40,273 nt of DNA from an uncultured Ectothiorhodospiraceae bacterium (lineage in GTDB: Bacteria > Pseudomonadota > Gammaproteobacteria > JAABTG01): the NCBI GenBank assembly GCA_964461215.1, contig CAYWTP010000003.1, positions 1 through 40,273 on the forward strand, in the 5' to 3' direction. The position numbers and the translations under genes are program-made. How positions within the stretch are numbered: the first letter of the stretch is position 1; every line of letters begins with the position of its first letter. The notes under the pieces were generated by a model. The model ran no database searches, was not told the origin of the DNA, and saw only the letters and a program-made list of their open reading frames with translations. Shown piece by piece: positions 9,558 to 18,104 of the stretch.

Positions 9558-9653
9558 GGGCCGGCTACCCGGGGGGTGGGCGCCGTACAAGCGGACCGAC
9601 GCTCGCACCACCCTCTGTGCTCCCCCTCTCTACCTACAAGCCGGCGGTCCACG

Positions 9654-9663
9654 GCCTACAGCC
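9654..9663. repeat. REP-like motif GCCTACAGCC, the complement of GGCTGTAGGC
   Basis: It sits just 3' of the phaC stop. It belongs to the same family as the motifs at 9258-9281 and 19092-19239. Confidence 0.45.
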
Positions 9664-9668
9664 TGAAT

Positions 9669-10727
9669 CTACATTCTCTCCTTGAGCCACTGGCCGATCG
9701 CCGGTGGGATCTCGCGTTGCGCCCGGCCGCTTACATAGATGCCGATGTGCCCGCCCTTGAAGGCGATAGTGGAATAGTCCCTGGTTCCCACGAGCCTGCC
9801 CAGGGCAATGGATGAATCCGGTGGTACCAGATGATCGGCGGTGGCGTAGACGTTGAGCACCGGCATGGTAACCTGCTTGAGGTTGACCTCCCGGCCACCG
9901 ATCTCCAGGCCGCCGGCGACCAGCTGGTTCTGCTGGTAGAAGTACTTGATGAACTGCCGGAAGGTCTCCCCCGCCTGGTCCGGGCTGTCGAAGATCCACT
10001 TCTCCATGCGCAGGAAGTTCTTCATCTTGGTGACGTCGTCCAGCATGTCCGTCATGTCCACGTATTTCTGGCCGGTCAGACGGAAAGGCTTCAGCGACAA
10101 GAAGGTCCAGTTCAGCAGCTCACCCGGCACGTTGCCCAGCGTGTCCACCATGAGGTCCACATCCAGGGCCTGAGCCCATTGGCCGAGGACGTTGCCCGGG
10201 GTGTGGAAGTCGACCGGCGTCACCATGGTGACCAGGTTGCTCACGCGTTCCGGGTGCAGGGCCGTGAAGCACAGACTGAGGGTCCCGCCCTGGCATATCC
10301 CCAGCAGGTTGACGCTCGGAAGCTGGTGGCGGCGGCGCACGTGGTCGACGCAACGGCGGAGGTAGCCGTTGACGTAGTCGTCCAGCTCCAGGTACCGGTC
10401 GGCCCCGTCCGGGTAGCCCCAGTCGACGAGGTATACGTCCATGCCGGCGTCCAGCAGGCCCCGAACCAACGAGCGGTCTTCCTGCAGGTCGGTCATGTAA
10501 GGCCGGTTGACGAGGGCGTACACAATGAGCAGGGGTACCCGTGCCGGCTTGTCGACCCGCGGCCGGTAGTGGTAGAGCACCAGCTTGTCTTCCTGGTACA
10601 CGGCCTCCCGCGGGCTGACCCCGGTCTCCACCTCACCCACCTGACTCAGCGTGGACAAGCCTTTGGCGAGCTTCTGATTGAACTCGACCACTTCCTGCAT
10701 GATTTGATCGGGACGCAGCGCAAACAT
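9669..10727 (-). CDS. phaC: Class III poly(R)-hydroxyalkanoate synthase, PhaC subunit
   Basis: It is 352 aa long with the lipase-box Cys LLGICQGGT, the Asp in TADHLVPP and the His in KGGHIGIYVS. The size and the adjacent phaE are typical of class III enzymes of the Allochromatium vinosum type. Confidence 0.9.
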   Translation of the reverse strand: MFALRPDQIMQEVVEFNQKLAKGLSTLSQVGEVETGVSPREAVYQEDKLVLYHYRPRVDKPARVPLLIVYALVNRPYMTDLQEDRSLVRGLLDAGMDVYLVDWGYPDGADRYLELDDYVNGYLRRCVDHVRRRHQLPSVNLLGICQGGTLSLCFTALHPERVSNLVTMVTPVDFHTPGNVLGQWAQALDVDLMVDTLGNVPGELLNWTFLSLKPFRLTGQKYVDMTDMLDDVTKMKNFLRMEKWIFDSPDQAGETFRQFIKYFYQQNQLVAGGLEIGGREVNLKQVTMPVLNVYATADHLVPPDSSIALGRLVGTRDYSTIAFKGGHIGIYVSGRAQREIPPAIGQWLKERM

Positions 10728-10730
10728 GGT

Positions 10731-11894
10731 CTAGGCCTCCCCTTTCTTCTTGGGCGGTGCGGGGCGCTTTCTGGGCGCCGCCTTCCTCGTGGTCGTGGGC
10801 GATGCGGACGCAGCCGCGGCGGGAGCGGCGGGACTCTGCGCCGCCTTGAGCTCGGCCCGCAGGGAGTCCAGATCCCGGCGCAGGCCTGCCAGGTCCAGGT
10901 CCTCGACCTGGCAGGCCAGGGCACGAATCTCCCGGCGCACCTCGTGGACCCGCCGATGGGTGGTATCCAGCTCGCGGCGGGTGGGCATGTTGAGGCTGCT
11001 CTGCAGCTCTTCCATCATCTGCTGTTCATGGCGCTTGAGCGCCATCAGCGTGTTGGTGAGCTTGGCCTGGACTTCGGTGAACTCCTTGGTCGTTGTCACC
11101 TCGGCATAGGCTTCCTCGCCGCAGTCCACCCAGAGGTCATAGGCGGCCCGCAAGGTCTCGATGCTCTCGCCGCCGCGAGCCATTTTGAGCAGCCGGGCAT
11201 TGAGAATATCCATGGCCCGGCTGCTGACCTTGCCCAGGATGCTCTGGTAGTCCTGCAATGCCTGGCTATGCTCCAGCCACAGCTCGCCCCACTCCTGGAA
11301 TTGCTCCTGCCACTCCCGGGTATAGCCCAGGGTTGGCGTGGACAGGAAGTTGCGCAGGGCGCTGCGGAAGGTCTCAGGACCCGGCGGCCCCTCTGCTCGA
11401 AGTGCCTTCTCCATATCCCCCGGAAACACCGACATGGAGGAGAGCACCCGGCGCCAGTTGTCCATGGGCATACCGCAGAAAGTGGCGAAGCCCGACCAGG
11501 GGTCGCCGCCGGGCTCGGTCTTGCAGAGATCCTGCAGGTGCTGAAGACTGTCTTGCACGGCCGATTGCCAGTCCGTTCCGGCGGCGGAGGCCGACTGTAA
11601 CCCGTCCAGGAACCGCCAGAACCCCTCGCCTACGCGCATATAGCCCTTGCTCAGGTCGAACAGCTTTCCGGCGACGTCGCGCGTCTCCGACGGCAGCGTT
11701 GGGGTGAGCAGCTTCGACCACAGGTCAAAGCCCTCGGCCAGGGTCCGCGGCAGACCTTCGGCGGCCGTGCCAAGGCCGCCACGCGCCATCGGCGTGCCTT
11801 GCTGCGCCATCTGGAGCCAGGTGTCCATCAGCTTGCGCTGGGCATCCATCCATGCGTCGGCCCAAAGGTTCGGCGATGCGGGCGTATGCGCCAT
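10731..11894 (-). CDS. phaE: Class III PHA synthase, PhaE subunit
   Basis: I moved the start from the track's 12131 to the ATG at 11894 (MAHTPASPNLWADAWMDAQRKLMDTW), which has GGAGGA 6 nt upstream. A coiled-coil-like region is followed by an Ala/Pro/Lys-rich tail. Its stop lies 3 nt before the phaC start. Confidence 0.8.
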   Translation of the reverse strand: MAHTPASPNLWADAWMDAQRKLMDTWLQMAQQGTPMARGGLGTAAEGLPRTLAEGFDLWSKLLTPTLPSETRDVAGKLFDLSKGYMRVGEGFWRFLDGLQSASAAGTDWQSAVQDSLQHLQDLCKTEPGGDPWSGFATFCGMPMDNWRRVLSSMSVFPGDMEKALRAEGPPGPETFRSALRNFLSTPTLGYTREWQEQFQEWGELWLEHSQALQDYQSILGKVSSRAMDILNARLLKMARGGESIETLRAAYDLWVDCGEEAYAEVTTTKEFTEVQAKLTNTLMALKRHEQQMMEELQSSLNMPTRRELDTTHRRVHEVRREIRALACQVEDLDLAGLRRDLDSLRAELKAAQSPAAPAAAASASPTTTRKAAPRKRPAPPKKKGEA

Positions 11895-11963
11895 GGCTGT
11901 TCCTCCTCTCGTTGTTATCCAGTCCGGGTTGATTCGGCCGTAGTATAGCATTTGTATTGCGGT

Positions 11964-11976
11964 GCAGCATAGCTGC
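11964..11976. promoter_or_regulatory. Palindrome GCAGC-ATA-GCTGC upstream of phaE; candidate operator
   Basis: It has perfect 5-bp arms and lies about 70 bp upstream of the phaE ATG. A possible minus-strand -10 (TATACT, complement of 11942-11947) lies next to it. Binding by PhaR or another factor is not established. Confidence 0.25.
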
Positions 11977-12098
11977 GCCGCCGCCATCGGCGGTTCCGGC
12001 CAGCCGACACCCAGGTGGCATGCGCCGACACAGTCTGAGGCTTTGGCCTGCCAGGCTTCGTCGAGATAGCCCTCCTCTTCGCTCCAGGCATGAAGTCC

Positions 12099-12138
12099 TT
12101 GACACGTCCCACCCATAGAGCTATGCTGCAATGCAGCA
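12099..12138 (+). promoter_or_regulatory. phaP promoter (TTGACA-17 nt-TATGCT) overlapped by a TGCTGC-AAT-GCAGCA palindrome; candidate PhaR operator
   Basis: TTGACA is at 12099-12104, followed by a 17-nt spacer and TATGCT at 12122-12127. The palindrome at 12124-12138 contains CTGC-N3-GCAG, the motif I recall being reported for Rhodobacter sphaeroides PhaR. The AGGAGG SD is at 12177-12182 and the ATG at 12191. Confidence 0.5.
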
Positions 12139-12190
12139 CAGATGATGCCCGATCGCGGGCACCCCCAATCATACCCAGGAGGTGTGAGCT

Positions 12191-12556
12191 ATGAAGAACG
12201 AATTCTTGGACCAATGGCTTGAGTTCAGCAAGAGTGCAGCCGAGCCTATGATGCGCTTGAACGAGATTTCGGCCAAGGCGATGGAGCAGGTGGCCCGCCA
12301 ACAGATGGACCTGGCCCGGGACTACATGGATCTGGGCACCCGCAACCTCAAGCTCTTGGGCGAAAGCAAGGATCCCCAGAAGCTGGTTGCCGACCAGGGT
12401 CAATTGGTGACCGAGTTCGGCCAGAAGCTGATGGGCCGCGCCGAGGAGTTCATGAAGATCGCCACCGAGGCCCAGACTGCCTTGACGACCTGGGCTGAAG
12501 AGGCGGCCAAGAAGGCTGCCGCCGCGACCCAGCCCGCCGCTAAGAAGGCCGGCTGA
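12191..12556 (+). CDS. phaP: Phasin (PHA granule-associated protein)
   Basis: It is 121 aa, helical and amphipathic (EFSKSAAEPMMRLNEISAKAMEQVARQQMDLARDY...) with an Ala/Lys-rich C-terminal tail. It has a strong SD and sits between phaE and phaA. Confidence 0.75.
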   Translation: MKNEFLDQWLEFSKSAAEPMMRLNEISAKAMEQVARQQMDLARDYMDLGTRNLKLLGESKDPQKLVADQGQLVTEFGQKLMGRAEEFMKIATEAQTALTTWAEEAAKKAAAATQPAAKKAG

Positions 12557-12627
12557 GGCCGTTTTCCGAGGCACCCCTGCGGGACGGCCGCCGGGCCAAC
12601 GTCCCTCAGGGTCAGCACCATCGGCGT

Positions 12628-12666
12628 CGCGCCACGTCTCCCCATCGCCGGGTCGGACGTGGCGCG
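12628..12666 (+). other. Large GC hairpin between phaP and phaA; possible attenuator or RNA-stability element, not a canonical terminator
   Basis: cgcgccacgtc (12628-12638) pairs with gacgtggcgcg (12656-12666): an 11-bp stem with a 17-nt loop and no following U-tract. Confidence 0.3.
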
Positions 12667-12773
12667 GCGCCGCTTCAGCGCCTAAACTGCACACGTTCTC
12701 AGCTCGGCGGCCGCCCGGCCCCCGTCCGTTGGTTCACGCTATAGCTCTTTAAAGCTTATCGAGAGGGGGAACT

Positions 12774-13952
12774 ATGGAAGATGTCGTCATCGTCGCGGCG
12801 GCTCGCACGGCCGTGGGCAAGTTCAGTGGCACCCTTGCCAACCTGCCGGCCAGCGCCTTGGGCACCAGGGTCATCGGCGCCCTGCTGGAGCGCAGCGCTC
12901 TGCGGCCCGAGCAGGTGGACGAGGTGATCCTGGGACAGGTCCTGACCGCCGCCGTGGGGATGAACCCGGCGCGCCAGGCTAGCTTGGGGGCCGGACTGCC
13001 CATCGAGGTGCCGGCGATGACCATCAACAAGGTGTGTGGCAGCGGCCTGAAGTCCTTGCATCTTGCCGCTCAGGCCATCCGCTGCGGCGACGCGGACGTC
13101 GTGGTGGCCGGCGGGCAGGAAAACATGAGCATGGCGCCCCACTGCCTGCCCAACTCCCGCAACGGGGCCAAGATGGGCGATTGGGCCATGGTCGACAGCA
13201 TGATCAAGGACGGCTTGTGGGACATCTTCAACGACTACCACATGGGCTGCACGGCCGAGAACCTGTGCCAGAAGTACGGGATCACCCGGGAGGAGCAGGA
13301 CGCGTTCGCGGCCGCCTCCCAGCAAAAGACGGAGGCGGCCCAGAAGGCGGGGCGCTTCAAGGACGAGATCGTGCCCGTCGCGATTCCCCAGAGGAAGGGT
13401 GAGCCCCTGGTTTTCGATGCCGACGAGTTTCCCCGCCACGGCACCACCGTGGAGACCCTGGCCAAGCTGCGTCCCGCCTTCAAGGACGACGGCACGGTTA
13501 CGGCGGGCAATGCCTCCGGGATTAACGACGGCGCCGCAGGCGTGATACTCACCTCGGCGGCCAAGGCCCGGGAGCTTGGTCTGGAGCCCTTGGCCCGCAT
13601 TGCCGCCTACGCCTCCGCTGGCGTGGATCCCGCCTTGATGGGTATCGGGCCGGTGCCCGCGACGCGGCGCTGCCTGGACAAGGCGGGCTGGACCATCGAC
13701 GATCTGGATCTCATCGAGGCCAACGAAGCCTTCGCGGCGCAGGCCATCGCGGTGAATCGGGAGCTGGGCTGGGACACCGGCAGGGTCAACGTCAACGGCG
13801 GTGCTATCGCCCTCGGCCATCCCATTGGAGCCTCAGGCGCGCGGATCCTGGTGACGCTGCTGCACGAGATGCTCAAGCGCGACAGCCATAAGGGTCTGGC
13901 GACCTTGTGCATCGGGGGTGGCCAGGGGGTGGCCATCGCGCTGGAGCGCTGA
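12774..13952 (+). CDS. phaA: Acetyl-CoA acetyltransferase (beta-ketothiolase)
   Basis: It is a 392-aa thiolase: [14 protein letters not shown], active-site Cys in NKVCGSGLK, and C-terminal [19 protein letters not shown] and CIGGGQG. Confidence 0.92.
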   Translation: MEDVVIVAAARTAVGKFSGTLANLPASALGTRVIGALLERSALRPEQVDEVILGQVLTAAVGMNPARQASLGAGLPIEVPAMTINKVCGSGLKSLHLAAQAIRCGDADVVVAGGQENMSMAPHCLPNSRNGAKMGDWAMVDSMIKDGLWDIFNDYHMGCTAENLCQKYGITREEQDAFAAASQQKTEAAQKAGRFKDEIVPVAIPQRKGEPLVFDADEFPRHGTTVETLAKLRPAFKDDGTVTAGNASGINDGAAGVILTSAAKARELGLEPLARIAAYASAGVDPALMGIGPVPATRRCLDKAGWTIDDLDLIEANEAFAAQAIAVNRELGWDTGRVNVNGGAIALGHPIGASGARILVTLLHEMLKRDSHKGLATLCIGGGQGVAIALER

Positions 13953-13995
13953 TAACGACCTCATTCGGACAAGAACCGCAGAGAGGACACCGAAA

Positions 13996-14745
13996 ATGTC
14001 GACGAGAATTGCTGTAGTAACCGGCGGTACCGGCGCCATCGGCACCGAGATCTGCAAGCATCTTGCGGCCCAGGGTGCCCGGGTCGCTGCTACCTGCCTG
14101 CCGACGGAAGACGAGATGGCCAAGGCCAAGGAGTGGGAGCAGGCCCGCCGCGCCGAAGGCTACGAGATGATTACCGTGCCTTGTGATCTGGGCGACTTCG
14201 ATGCGACGGCGGCTGCCATGAAGACGGTGGAGGAGACCCTCGGGCCGGTGGACATCCTGGTCAATGCGGCGGGCATCACCCGCGACGCCACCCTGCGCAA
14301 GATGACGCCGCAGCAGTGGCGCGAAGTCATCAATTCCAATCTGGACAGCGTGTTCAACACTACCCGCAACGTGATCGAAGGCATGCTCGAGCGGGGCTTT
14401 GGCCGCATCATCAACATCTCGTCCGTCAACGGGCAGAAGGGCCAATTCGGCCAGGCCAACTATGCCGCCACCAAGGCGGGCATTCACGGCTTCACCATGT
14501 CGGCAGCCCAGGAGGGTGCCCGCAAGGGGGTGACCTGCAACACCGTCTCGCCCGGCTATATAGCCACTGCCATGGTGATGGCAGTGCCTGAGGAGGTACT
14601 GAACAAGATCGTGGCTCAGATCCCCGTGGGCCGTTTGGGCAAGCCCGAGGAGATTGCCCGGCTGGTGGCATTCCTGGCCCACGACGACTCCGGCTTCATC
14701 ACCGGGGCGGATTTCTCCGCCAACGGCGGCCAGCACATGGGCTGA
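13996..14745 (+). CDS. phaB: NADPH-dependent acetoacetyl-CoA reductase
   Basis: The start is set to the ATG at 13996 (MSTRIAVVTGGTGAIG), which has GAGAGGA upstream. SDR motifs are present: TGGxGxIG, NAAGI, YAATKAG and PGYIAT. Confidence 0.9.
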   Translation: MSTRIAVVTGGTGAIGTEICKHLAAQGARVAATCLPTEDEMAKAKEWEQARRAEGYEMITVPCDLGDFDATAAAMKTVEETLGPVDILVNAAGITRDATLRKMTPQQWREVINSNLDSVFNTTRNVIEGMLERGFGRIINISSVNGQKGQFGQANYAATKAGIHGFTMSAAQEGARKGVTCNTVSPGYIATAMVMAVPEEVLNKIVAQIPVGRLGKPEEIARLVAFLAHDDSGFITGADFSANGGQHMG

Positions 14746-14758
14746 GCGCCCGCACCGG

Positions 14759-15253
14759 ATGTCCGAGGCACGCATCATCAAGAAATACCCCAACCGGCGG
14801 CTGTACGATACCGCCGAGAGCCGATATGTGGCGCTGGAGGACATCCGCCGACTGGTCGTCGGCGGGGTCGAGTTCCGGGTGGTGGACGCCAAGACCGAGG
14901 CGGACATCACCCGGAGCATCCTGCTTCAGATCATCGTGGAGCAGGAGGAGAAGGGTCAGCCCATTCTGAGCACCGAGCTGTTGGAGAAGCTGATCCGCTT
15001 CTACGGCGACACCCTCCAGGTGTTCATGTCGAGCTACCTGGAGAAGAGCGTGGACTTCTTCACCAAGCGCCAGGAGAAGATCCAGGAGCAGATGCTGAAT
15101 CTGCTGGAGGACGCCCCGCTATCGGTCCTCACGGAAATGGCCGAGCGCAACCTGGACCTGTGGAAGAACATGCAGGACGGCTTCCTCAAAGCCTACACTT
15201 CCATGAGCACTAGCGGCATCGGCGGGGCCAAAGCCAAAAAGAAGCAAGACTGA
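14759..15253 (+). CDS. phaR: PHA synthesis repressor PhaR
   Basis: The start is set to the ATG at 14759. The N-terminus IIKKYPNRRLYDTAESRYVALEDIRRLV...ITRSILLQIIVEQE is the hallmark PhaR DNA-binding domain. Confidence 0.9.
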   Translation: MSEARIIKKYPNRRLYDTAESRYVALEDIRRLVVGGVEFRVVDAKTEADITRSILLQIIVEQEEKGQPILSTELLEKLIRFYGDTLQVFMSSYLEKSVDFFTKRQEKIQEQMLNLLEDAPLSVLTEMAERNLDLWKNMQDGFLKAYTSMSTSGIGGAKAKKKQD

Positions 15254-15383
15254 AGCCTTGTTCCCGGCCCCGGATTCGCTGCCCCCTGCTCCCTGCCTTT
15301 CCCCCCGCGTCCTCCAGGGGCTATTCTGAGTCTTATAACCTACATAAAGTTACAATCCGTGCACCATTAGGAGGGGGCGTGCC

Positions 15384-18086
15384 GTGAGCGTGCGCAACCT
15401 GGACAAGATCTTCAAGCCGCGTCGTGTTGCCCTCCTCGGCACCAGTGGTGAGTCTGCTTCCCTGGGCCTGAGTGTGCTTAGCAATCTGCTGGGGGCGGGA
15501 TACCAGGGCGTCGTCTACGTGATAGACCCGGAGCGGGAATCCATCCGGGGGGTGCCCACGTATCCGGATCTCTCCAGCGTGCCCCGGGTTCCGGACCTGG
15601 CGGTGATATGCAGTCCCGCCGAAGCCGTCCCCGACCTGGTCCGGAGCTGCGGTGATGCCGGGATCCGCGGCATCGCCATCCTTTCGGGTGGCTTTCGCGA
15701 GAGCGGTGCGGCCGGCAAGGCCCTGGAGGCGCGCATCAAGGCGGTGGCCGCGGGCTTCGACCACATGCGCATTATCGGCCCCAATTCCCTGGGGATCATC
15801 GGTCCCGGCTTCGGGCTGAACGCCAGCCATGCCGTGACCCTACCCAAGCCCGGGCGGCTGGCCTTCATCTCCGAGTCCCGGGCCTTGTGCAACTCGGTCA
15901 TGGACTGGGCGGCCGAGGAGGGCATCGGATTTTCCTACTTCGTGTCCATTGGCAACATGCTGGACGTGAGCTTCGGCGATCTCATCGACTACTTCGGCAA
16001 CGACCCCGACACCCGCGCCATCATTCTGTACGTACAGTCCCTGGAGAACGTGCGAGGCTTCATGTCGGCGGCCCGGGCCTTCGCCCGGGCCAAGCCTATC
16101 GTGGCTTACAAGGCGGGGCGTTTCGCCGAGTCGGCCCAAGTGGCGGCTTCCCACACGGGTGCGATGGTGGTCGAGGACGCGGTCTATGCGGCCGCCTTCG
16201 AGCGTGCCGGGGTGGTGCGCGTCACCGAGCTGGACGACATCTTCGACGTCGCGGATTTACTGGCCTCCCAGCGCCTGCCCAAGGGGCGACGCCTCGCCAT
16301 CATCACGAATGCTGGCGGGCCCGCTATCATTGCCACCGACGCGCTGCTGAGCCGCGGTGGCGCGCTGGCTACCCTGGATCCCGAGACCGAGGTCCGTCTG
16401 GGAGAGGTGCTGCCGCCGGTGGGCCAGCATTCCAATCCGGTCGACCTGCTGGACGGCGCCCCGCCCGAGCGCTTTGCCCAGTCCCTACCCCTGGTACTGG
16501 AGGACAAGGGGGTGGACGCCGCCCTGGTGATCTTCGCCACCCAGAGCGGCAGCGATCCCTGCGCCACCGCCCACATGGTGGTGGAGGCTGCGCGCCGTGC
16601 CCGCAAGCCCGTGCTCGCGGCCTGGATGGGGGGGGGACGGGTGCGTGAAGGCATCCGCATCCTCAACGCCGCCGGGATCCCCACCCACGCCACTCCCGAG
16701 CAGGCGGTGCGCGCCTTCATGCACCTGGTCTCTTACGCCCGCAACCTGGTATCGCTGTATGAGACCCCCCGGGAGATCCCGGTCAGCTTCACCCTGAACC
16801 GTCACAAGCTGCGCAAGCGGCTCTCGCCCATCCTCCAGGGCAAGCCCTCGGAGTGCCTGAGCGAGAGCCAGGCCAAGGCCTTTCTCAAGGCATACGAGAT
16901 CCCGGTGTGTGATAGCTGCATGGCCCAGACCCCCGACGAGGCGGTGGCAGTGGCCGAGCGCATGGGCTATCCGGTGGTGCTCAAGGTCTCCTCGCCGCGC
17001 ATCATCCACAAGGTGGACATGGGAGGAGTGTCGCTGGATCTGAAGAGCGCCGAAGAGGTGCGCGGCGCCTACCAGCGCATGCTGGATGCCGCCCGCTCAC
17101 GCAGGCTGGAGGACCAGATCCACGGCTTCACGGTGCAGCGCATGATGAACGTGAAGCACGGGCTTGAGCTGATTCTCGGGGCCAAGAAGGACCCCACCTT
17201 CGGCGCCGTCATCATGGTGGGGATGGGTGGCGTGGCCACCGGCCTGTACCGGGACAGTGCCCTGGGGTTCCCGCCCCTGAACGAGCGGCTGGCCCGGCGT
17301 ATGCTGGAGTCGCTGCGCTTCTGGCCTATTCTGCAAGGCTACCGGGGCGAACCGGCCGTCAACCTGGACCGGCTCATCGAGGTGATGATCCGCTTCTCCT
17401 TGCTCATCGCCGACTACCCGGAGATCAAGGAGTTCGACATCAACCCCCTGCTGGTCACGGCCGATGGCGTAGTGGCCCTGGACGCGGCCATGATCCTCGA
17501 CGACCAGCTCTTGCCGCTGAGCGCGGATCCTTATCCCCACCTGGCCATCCGCCCGTATCCGGAAGAGTACATACGCCACCTGGTGCTGGCCGACGGTACC
17601 CGGATAACTCTGCGTTCGGTGCGGGCCGAAGACGAGCCCCTGTGGCACCGCTTGATTGCCCGCTCCTCCCCCGAGTCCATCCGCTTCCGCTTCCGCTCCC
17701 TGTTCAGGCAGGCCACCCACCGGATGGCGGTGGAGCACTGCGGGATCGATTACGAGCGCGCCATATCCATCGTCGCCGAAACCCAGGTTGACGGCCAGCG
17801 CGAGCTCGTCGGCGTGGCCCAGCTCATCGCCGACGCCAATCACGAGAGTGCCGAGTACGGGGTGCTGGTGCCGGATCCCTGGCAGGGCAGGAAGCTGGGC
17901 GGGATGCTGCTGGACTACTGCTTAGAGCTGGCGGCGGGCTGGGGTGTCCAGCGGGTGGTGGCGGAGACGGACCCCGACAATGTGCGCATGCTCGAGGCCT
18001 TCCATAAACGGGGCTTCCAAGCCGAGATCCGGCGCGAGGAGGAGGTGGTGGTGTTGGAACGCTCCGTCGCCGTGGGCTCGCATTGA
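15384..18086 (+). CDS. Pat/PatZ-like bifunctional acetate--CoA ligase (ADP-forming) family / GNAT N-acetyltransferase, paralog 2, 900 aa
   Basis: A GTG start lies 6 nt after AGGAGGGGG. The architecture matches 5571-8273 (VALLGTSGE, GPNSLGI, AASHTGAMV, ATP-grasp, GNAT loop WQGRKLGGML). It is homologous over the full length but heavily diverged from paralog 1. Confidence 0.85.
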   Translation: MSVRNLDKIFKPRRVALLGTSGESASLGLSVLSNLLGAGYQGVVYVIDPERESIRGVPTYPDLSSVPRVPDLAVICSPAEAVPDLVRSCGDAGIRGIAILSGGFRESGAAGKALEARIKAVAAGFDHMRIIGPNSLGIIGPGFGLNASHAVTLPKPGRLAFISESRALCNSVMDWAAEEGIGFSYFVSIGNMLDVSFGDLIDYFGNDPDTRAIILYVQSLENVRGFMSAARAFARAKPIVAYKAGRFAESAQVAASHTGAMVVEDAVYAAAFERAGVVRVTELDDIFDVADLLASQRLPKGRRLAIITNAGGPAIIATDALLSRGGALATLDPETEVRLGEVLPPVGQHSNPVDLLDGAPPERFAQSLPLVLEDKGVDAALVIFATQSGSDPCATAHMVVEAARRARKPVLAAWMGGGRVREGIRILNAAGIPTHATPEQAVRAFMHLVSYARNLVSLYETPREIPVSFTLNRHKLRKRLSPILQGKPSECLSESQAKAFLKAYEIPVCDSCMAQTPDEAVAVAERMGYPVVLKVSSPRIIHKVDMGGVSLDLKSAEEVRGAYQRMLDAARSRRLEDQIHGFTVQRMMNVKHGLELILGAKKDPTFGAVIMVGMGGVATGLYRDSALGFPPLNERLARRMLESLRFWPILQGYRGEPAVNLDRLIEVMIRFSLLIADYPEIKEFDINPLLVTADGVVALDAAMILDDQLLPLSADPYPHLAIRPYPEEYIRHLVLADGTRITLRSVRAEDEPLWHRLIARSSPESIRFRFRSLFRQATHRMAVEHCGIDYERAISIVAETQVDGQRELVGVAQLIADANHESAEYGVLVPDPWQGRKLGGMLLDYCLELAAGWGVQRVVAETDPDNVRMLEAFHKRGFQAEIRREEEVVVLERSVAVGSH

Positions 18087-18104
18087 TGGGCAGGTCGCCG
18101 CACC

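Noticed and set aside
9831..11600. A 589-aa plus-strand ORF antisense to phaC and phaE. Similar antisense ORFs lie at 12756-13820 and 13873-14919 (opposite phaA and phaB) and at 26567-27334.
   Set aside because: The sense-strand genes have unambiguous catalytic motifs. The antisense products are compositionally biased with no motifs.
11895..12131. The N-terminal 79-codon extension of phaE in the ORF track (start 12131)
   Set aside because: The extension would run through the phaP promoter and operator region and has odd composition. The internal ATG at 11894 has a GGAGGA SD and begins the conserved PhaE N-terminus.
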